Assembly: GCF_006345805.1 (NCBI RefSeq)
Contig: NC_043013.1
Coordinates: 19,220,001 to 19,284,000, forward strand
DNA length: 64,000 nt
From: Octopus sinensis
Lineage: Eukaryota
Direction of reading: 5' to 3'
Shown: one piece after another, positions 60,901 through 64,000 of the stretch
Layout of the letters: the number at the start of each line of letters is the position of its first letter
Position numbering within the stretch: position 1 is the first letter of the stretch
The notes under the pieces: generated by a model
What the model was told of the DNA's origin: nothing
The model's database searches: none
Seen by the model: only the letters and a program-made list of their open reading frames with translations
Translations under genes and position numbers: made by a program

Positions 60901-63900
60901 TGGCAGAGTAGCGGTATCTGTTGTGGCTATAGTTTGTGTTGTAGTTGGTAGTGTAGTAGTGGTATCTGTTATTGCTGTAGTTTGTGTTGTAGTTGTTGGC
61001 GGAGTACTGGTATCTGTTGTTGTTGTAGTTTGTGATGTAGTTGTAGGCGGAGTAGTGGTATCTATTGTTGCTGTAGTTTGTGTTGTAGTTGATGGTGTAG
61101 TAGCAGTATCTCTTATTGCTGTAGTTTGTGTTGTAGTAAGTGGTGTAGTAGTGGTATGTGTTATTGCTGTAGTTTGTGTTGTAGTTTGTGGTGTAGTAGT
61201 GGCACCTGCTGCACTTGATGTATTTTGTGATGTAGTTAGTGGTGTATTAGTGGTATCTGTTATTGCTGCAGATTGTGTTGTAGTTGATGGTGTAGTAGTG
61301 ATATCTGTTGTTGCTGTAGTTTGTGATGTAGTTGTAGGCGGAGTAGTGGTATCTGTTGTTGTTGTAGTTTGTGATGTAGTTGTTGCCGTAGTAGTGGTAT
61401 CTGATATTGCTGTAGTCTGTGTTGTAGTTGTTGGCGGAGTAGCGGTATCTGCTGCTGCTGTAGTTTGTGTTGTAGTTGGTGGTGTAGTAGCGGTATCTGT
61501 TATTGCTGTAGTTTGTGTTGTAGTTGGTGGTGTAATAATGGTATCTGTTATTGCTGTAGTTTGTGTTGTAGTTGTTGGCGGAGTAGTGGTATTTGTTGTC
61601 ACTGTAGTTTGTGTTGTAGTGGGTGGTGTAGTAGTGATATCTGTTGTTGCTGTAGTTTGTGATGTAGTTGTAGGCGGAGTAGTGGTATCTGTTGTTGCTG
61701 TAGTTTGTGTTGTAGTGGGTGATGTAGTAGTGGTATCTGTTATTGCTGTAGTTTGTGTTGTAGTGAGTGGTGCAGTAGTGTTATCTGTTATTGCCGTAGT
61801 TTGTGTTGTTGTGAGTGGTGCAGTAGTGGTATCTGTTATTGCTGTAGTTTGTGTTGTAGTGTGTGGTGTAGTGATGGTATCTGTTATTGCCGTAGTTTGT
61901 GTTGTAGTGAGTGGTGTAGTAGTGGCACCTGCTGCCGTTGATGTCGTTTGTGATGTAGTTGTTGGTGGAGTAGTGGTATCTGTTGCTTCTGTAGTTTGTG
62001 TTGTAGTTGATGGTGTAGTAGGGGTATCTGTTATTGCTGTAGTTTGTGTTGTCTTAGTAGTACCAGCAGTTACGTTAGTTTGTGTTGTAGTTGTTGGTGA
62101 TGTAGTACTGTCTGTTGTTGTTGATGCTGATGTAGTTGCTGATGTACTAGTGGTGCCTGCTGTTGGTGTAGTTTGTGATGTAGTTTCAGCTGTAGTAATA
62201 CTACGCATAGCTGCTGGCGTATCAGTAGTGCCTGATGTTGCTGTAGTTTGTGATGTAGTTGCTGGTGCAGTAGTGATGTCTATTGTTGCTGTTGTTTGTG
62301 ATGTAGTTGGAGGTGTGGTAGTAGTATTTGCTGTTACCGTAGTTTGTGCTATAGTTATGTCTGTGGTAGTTGTACCTGTTACTGCCGTAGTTTGTGTCGT
62401 AGTTGCTAGTGTTGTAGGGGTGCCTGGCATTGCTGTGGTGTGTGAAGTAGTTGTTGGGCCGTTGTAGTGTCTGCTGTTGTTGATGCTTGTGGTGTAGTTG
62501 TTGGTGTAATATCTGTATCATTCAGTGCTGTAGTTTGTGATGTAGTTGATGACGTAGAAAGAGTACCCGCTGTTACTTTGCTTTGTGGTGTAGTTACTTG
62601 TATGGTACTAGTGTCGGTCGTTGGTGTAGTTTCTGATGTAGTTGCTGATGTACTAGTGGTGCCTGTTGATGATGTAGTGTAAGATGTAGTTGCTGGGGTA
62701 GTAATGATACTTGTCCTTGCAGCAGTTTGTATTGTAGTGGGTTGTGTAGTAGTGGTGCCCACTGTTGCTGTAGTATGTGTCATAGTGTGTGGTTTAACAG
62801 TTGTGCCTAGTGTTGCTGTAGTTTGCGTTGTAGTGAGTGGCATGGTAGTGGTACTCACTGTTACTGTAGTTTGTGGTGTAGTTGTTGATGTTATAGTGGT
62901 GCCTTTTGTTGGCGTAGTTTGTGTTGTAGTTGTAGGTGTACTAGTGGTTCCTGGTGTTGCAGTCTGTGGTGTAGTTGCTGGTGTGATATTACTGCCTTTT
63001 GTTGGTGTACTTTCTGATGTAGTTGCTAGTGTAGTAGTACTACCATCTGCTGTTGCTCTTGTTTGTAATGTAGTCGATGGTGTTGTACGGGTGCCTGTTG
63101 TAGTTTGTGATGTAGTTGTTAGTGTAGTAGGAAGGTTTGTTTTTGCTGTTGTCTGTGACGTAGTGTTTGCTGTAGCTATGGAGTCTTTTGTCACTGTAGT
63201 TCGTGATGTAGTTTTGACCGTTGTTGCTGTAGTTTGTGATGTAGTAGTGGGTGCAATTTTGGTTTGTGCTGTAGTTGTTTGTGTAGTAGTAGCTCCAGGT
63301 GTTGCTGCATTCTCTGGTATAGTTGTTTGTGTGGTAGTAGTGCCTTCTGTTGCTGCAGTTTGTGATGCAGTAGCTGGTTTAGTAGTGGTTCCTGCTGTTG
63401 CTGTAGTTTGTGGTGTAGTTTTGGTGACTCTTGTTGCTGTAGTTTGTGTTGTAGTTGTTGGTGTAGTAGTAGTAGCGCCTGTTGTTGCTGTAGTTTCTGG
63501 TGTAGGTGTGTGTGTGGCAGTAAAGCCTTCTGTTGCTGTAGTTTGTGGTGTAGTTGTTTGTGTAGTAGTATCTCCTGGTGTTGCTGTAGTTTCTGGTGTA
63601 GTTGTTTGTGTGATAGTAGTGTCCTCTGTTGCTGTGGTTTGTGATGTAGTTCCTGATTTAGTAGTGGTTCTTGCTGTTGCTGTAGTTTGTGGTGTAGTAG
63701 GTGTAGTTTCTGACGTAGAAACACCAGTTGTTGCTGTAGTTTGTGCTGTAGTTTCTGGTGTAGTAGTAGCGCCGGTTGTTATTGTAGCTTCTTGTGTAGT
63801 TGTTTGTGTGGTAGTAGTGCCTTCTGTTGCTGCAGTTTGTGATGTAGTAGCTGGTTTAGTAGTGGTTCCTGCTGTTGCTGTAGTCTCTGATGTAGTTTTG

Positions 63901-63998
63901 GTGATTGTTGTTGTTGTAGTTTGTGTTGTAGTTGTTGGCATTGTAGTTGCGCCTGTTGTTGCAGTAGTTTCTGGTGTAGTAGTAGCGCCGGTTGTTAT
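1..63998 (-). CDS. Giant mucin-like Thr-rich (PTS) glycoprotein, internal portion (partial at both ends, multiple small frameshifts); about 21,300 codons in the window
   Basis: The minus-strand ORFs of 511, 1366, 333, 1558, 1491, 3767, 2753, 520, 729 and 2533 aa all give the same T/P/E/Q/A/I/S/K-rich sequence. They join end to end once 1-4 nt indels are corrected. The frame is stop-free from 63998 to the first ATG at 63941 and runs off the window at position 1. Codon periodicity (ACA/ACC/ACT, GAA CCA) is continuous and no intron-like segment is visible. Confidence 0.75.
3065..4880. repeat. Recent tandem duplication, period 959 nt (960 if the frameshift is corrected)
   Basis: The marker tctgtcgtggtttttgggtc occurs at 3092 and 4051, with only a few substitutions between the copies. 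Confidence 0.85.
3991..12336 (-). CDS. PTS segment, about 2,780 codons (contains track ORF 3954..11555; the frame continues upstream of that ATG)
   Basis: 2533-aa Thr-rich ORF. Its last residues (TQYQQPQQ) are out of frame past the ~3990 indel. The upper boundary is the 1-nt deletion at ~12337 (tctgttgggg). Confidence 0.75.
11440..13235. repeat. Recent tandem duplication, period 896 nt (897 corrected)
   Basis: attctttgttctgttgtgggtattggttctcttgtgg at 11461 and 12357; the rare marker cttggagtattgg is in both copies. Confidence 0.9.
12338..14876 (-). CDS. PTS segment, about 845 codons (EPATTT/EPIPTT/EQRITT repeats; contains most of track ORF 11885..14074)
   Basis: Thr-rich translation switches to QQNKQP at ~12337. 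The segment is bounded at both ends by the same gttgtggg>gttgggg deletion. Confidence 0.7.
13960..15800. repeat. Recent tandem duplication, period about 0.92-0.97 kb
   Basis: tgtgagtatcggttc, ccgttagggttg and gtactgattc each occur once per copy; the start offset is 917 nt (13964 against 14881). Confidence 0.85.
14878..18837 (-). CDS. PTS segment with several frameshifts (clean stretches ~14878-15460, ~15825-17331, ~17333-18392, ~18394-18786)
   Basis: Track ORFs 14692..15018, 15050..16612, 17284..17727 and 18066..18503 each read EPIPTT/EQRITT and then slip into Q/N-rich frames. Indels are visible at ~15461, ~15478, ~15787, ~15822, ~17332, ~18393 and ~18787-18837. Confidence 0.6.
16640..18860. 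repeat. Recent tandem triplication, periods about 710 and 774 nt
   Basis: gatgtttgttcttttgtggatattgg at ~16662, ~17372 and ~18146; gttgcgggttctgttgtggctctt occurs three times. Confidence 0.85.
18838..28513 (-). CDS. PTS segment, about 3,220 codons, mostly degenerate (contains track ORF 18628..26889)
   Basis: 2753-aa Thr-rich ORF in relatively high-complexity sequence, where a chance open frame is implausible. The frame continues upstream to the missing C at ~28514 (gttctgtt against gttcctgtt). Confidence 0.78.
22090..22975. repeat. In-frame near-perfect duplication (414-450 nt) including AITRQNNKTATKPIKST
   Basis: ctggttctctagtggttgctataag at 22101 and 22515; ttttattggtttagttgctg at 22471 and 22921. 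Confidence 0.85.
27990..30550. repeat. Recent tandem duplication, period about 1.27-1.28 kb
   Basis: gttgtggccgttgttgattc at 28861 and 30141; tctgttggggttgtt is in both copies. Confidence 0.8.
28514..30210 (-). other. Frameshift-dense part of the EPTTTTT array (same coding repeat, reading frame repeatedly broken)
   Basis: Irregular units at ~28514, ~28600, ~29265, ~29540-29580, ~30025-30045 and ~30183-30210. The antisense V, L/W and C frames swap at these points. Confidence 0.6.
30211..42191 (-). CDS. Longest clean PTS segment, about 12 kb or about 3,990 codons (contains track ORF 29916..41219)
   Basis: 3767-aa ORF. Upstream of ATG 41219 the frame remains open (…TRTEQPTSPKEPSTNITTIA-M) as far as the extra T at ~42193 (ggtttctg). 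Confidence 0.8.
30690..32060. repeat. In-frame duplicated block, offset 954 nt (ESIATIKEP…TMTSKP)
   Basis: ttgttgctattgattctgtt at 30851 and 31805; tttgatgtcatt is in both copies. Confidence 0.8.
33490..33990 (-). repeat. Short 21-nt array, EPEATT[T/I] / KPTTITT variant
   Basis: Repeated gttgcttctggttctgttgttattgttgttggt. Related units occur at ~27060-27250, ~30830-30960 and ~31790-31920. Confidence 0.75.
34914..35682 (-). repeat. Diverged higher-complexity module, copy B (about 255 aa; EPRT…YTTEQTS…STLST…SLDTT…ELGK)
   Basis: Colinear amino-acid similarity to 37194-37914, visible in the 3767-aa translation. Confidence 0.85.
36190..36950. repeat. In-frame duplication, offset 372 nt (ATPPITTKP…AIEATIP)
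   Basis: atagttgcttctattgcggtt at 36331 and 36703; gtcgttaatgcttc is in both copies. Confidence 0.85.
37194..37914 (-). repeat. Diverged higher-complexity module, copy A (about 240 aa)
   Basis: Shares PSTITPEP, YTTEQTS, STLST, ANTT, SLDTT, SSETS, DKTT and ELGK with 34914-35682, in the same order. Confidence 0.85.
41300..43620. repeat. Recent duplication, offset about 1.37 kb
   Basis: ccgttgaggttgttgtttgt at 41501 and 42868; tctattgcagcagtt and ggttctactgtggct are in both copies. Confidence 0.75.
42192..49300 (-). other. Frameshift-dense part of the EPTTTTT/EQITTTT/EKITTTT array
   Basis: The same 21-nt unit as 41.3-42.2 kb, with indel clusters at ~42190-42280, ~43070, ~43270-43320, ~44440-46100, ~46560-46760, ~47170, ~47845-47880, ~48355 and ~49100-49300. 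Confidence 0.6.
43600..49480. repeat. Recent tandem duplication, period about 2.95 kb
   Basis: gatatgttgtgg at 43999 and 46951; atttgatctg at 44331 and 47285; tctgtcgtgg…gttctttgttc at 46461 and 49428. Confidence 0.8.
49301..52835 (-). CDS. PTS segment, about 1,180 codons (track ORF 48338..52813; its NNNHNRT tail is out of frame)
   Basis: Thr-rich translation up to …TSTETTTTTAE, followed by a 2-nt insertion at ~49300 (ggtcctctgct against ggtcctgct). Confidence 0.75.
50700..55650 (-). repeat. 48-nt (16-aa) coding repeat, consensus approximately PATTSQTTATT[D/G]TSTT
   Basis: Plus-strand motif gtagtttgtgatgtagtt recurs about every 48 nt. Example translation: PTTTSQTTATTGTSTT QATTSQTTATTDTSTT. 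Confidence 0.85.
51610..54060. repeat. Recent tandem duplication, period 1220 nt (1221 corrected)
   Basis: gctgtcgtactgacaactg at 51621 and 52841; MGSTYATPETTSQ occurs four times. Confidence 0.9.
52837..57957 (-). CDS. PTS segment, about 1,700 codons (contains track ORF 52759..57435)
   Basis: 1558-aa Thr-rich ORF, bounded by 1-nt deletions at ~52836 (gttgtggc against gttgttggc at 51612-51620) and ~57958 (gtagttgtg against gtagtttgtg). Confidence 0.77.
57700..59760. repeat. Recent tandem duplication, period 1027 nt (1029 corrected)
   Basis: gttgcagttgttagcgtagt at 57961 and 58988; SQMTP[I/T]AAG and TAKSDT are in both copies, with a few substitutions. Confidence 0.85.
57959..58700 (-). CDS. 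PTS segment, about 247 codons (track ORF 57432..58433 in part)
   Basis: TQTTATTDTTTTP repeats lying between single-base deletions at ~57958 and ~58700. Together with the ~58735 deletion the net shift is -3, which restores the flanking frame. Confidence 0.65.
58737..62455 (-). CDS. PTS segment, about 1,240 codons (track ORF 58330..62430)
   Basis: 1366-aa ORF with TQTTAITDTTTTP repeats. The YYTTNYN tail is out of frame after ~58735. Confidence 0.75.
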
Positions 63999-64000
63999 TG
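62050..64000 (-). repeat. Diverged 48-nt (16-aa) repeat, e.g. PATTSQTAATEGTTTT / QTTTPETTATPGDTTT
   Basis: 16-residue spacing of the Q/E-T-T-A-T and G positions in the 511-aa ORF. Confidence 0.7.
62459..63998 (-). CDS. Most N-terminal PTS segment in the window, about 513 codons, open to the edge (track ORF 62406..63941)
   Basis: There are 19 further sense codons upstream of ATG 63941. One added G in ggg 62456-62458 joins it in frame (…DTTTAPTTTSHTTAMPG…) to the next segment. Confidence 0.75.

Larger units (their letters stand above)
56820..62050 (-). repeat. 48-nt (16-aa) coding repeat, consensus approximately PTTTTQTTA[T/I]TDTTTT
   Basis: Plus-strand unit tggcgtagtagtggtatctgttgttgctgtagtttgtgttgtagttgt (16 codons); most homogeneous at 57450-59760. 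Confidence 0.9.

Noticed and set aside
9735-62050. CRISPR array
   Set aside because: The repeats are directly tandem with no unique spacers, palindromic repeat or cas genes.
2-62467. Very long plus-strand Val/Gly/Ser-rich ORFs (e.g. 2..4015, 18752..23596, 29539..35730, 54029..57979)
   Set aside because: They are antisense shadows: the plus strand has so little A that stop codons rarely form. They terminate more often in the complex spacers (e.g. 35730, 37701, 38007, 38280, 39651, 40881), where the minus Thr frame stays open, and poly-Val products are implausible.
11885-63724. Minus-strand Gln- or Asn-rich ORFs and tails (QQNKQP, NNNHNRT, HKLQQQQIPLL; e.g. 19362..19586, 32873..33094, 57195..57392, 62222..62521, 63191..63724)
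   Set aside because: They are out-of-frame readings of the Thr repeats and not independent genes.
1-63998. Assignment to a named gene (MUC2, MUC5AC, MUC16, Sgs, FIM, DAN4/FLO11-like)
   Set aside because: The repeat consensuses do not match those I recognise (e.g. MUC2 PTTTPITTTTTVTPTPTPTGTQT, MUC5AC TTSTTSAP), no diagnostic domain lies in the window, and any hits would be compositional.
50700-64000. Ice-nucleation protein (16-aa period) or antifreeze glycoprotein
   Set aside because: It lacks the AGYGSTxTA/SxLxA motif of InaZ-type repeats and the (Ala-Ala-Thr)n tripeptide of AFGP; only the period or Thr richness is shared.

Overview
The whole 64 kb window is one continuous, low-complexity, 3-periodic sequence. 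Read on the minus strand, it encodes a Thr/Pro/Glu(Gln,Asp)-rich mucin-type PTS domain. The Thr frame is open at both edges (…ITTGATTTPETT at 63998 and …EPTTT at position 1), so both the N- and C-terminus lie outside the window. I see no intron, intergenic stretch, folded domain, Cys or Trp in the Thr frame. The frame is broken only by small indels, and nearly all of them lie inside or at the junctions of recent near-identical tandem duplications, which suggests assembly or consensus errors. Taken at face value this is about 21,300 codons of uninterrupted PTS sequence, and still about 17,000 if every suspect duplication is collapsed. From N to C the blocks are: 16-aa repeats (64.0-56.8 kb and 55.65-50.7 kb), 7-aa repeats (49.5-41.3 kb and 32.9-27.0 kb) and 6-aa repeats (19.25-9.7 kb and 7.0-0 kb), separated by degenerate spacers. 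One spacer holds an anciently duplicated ~250-aa module with N-glycosylation sequons. The long Val-, Leu/Trp- and Cys-rich plus-strand ORFs are antisense shadows. The host cannot be determined; a eukaryote, probably an animal, is the most plausible inference. No RNA genes, mobile elements or CRISPR arrays are supportable.
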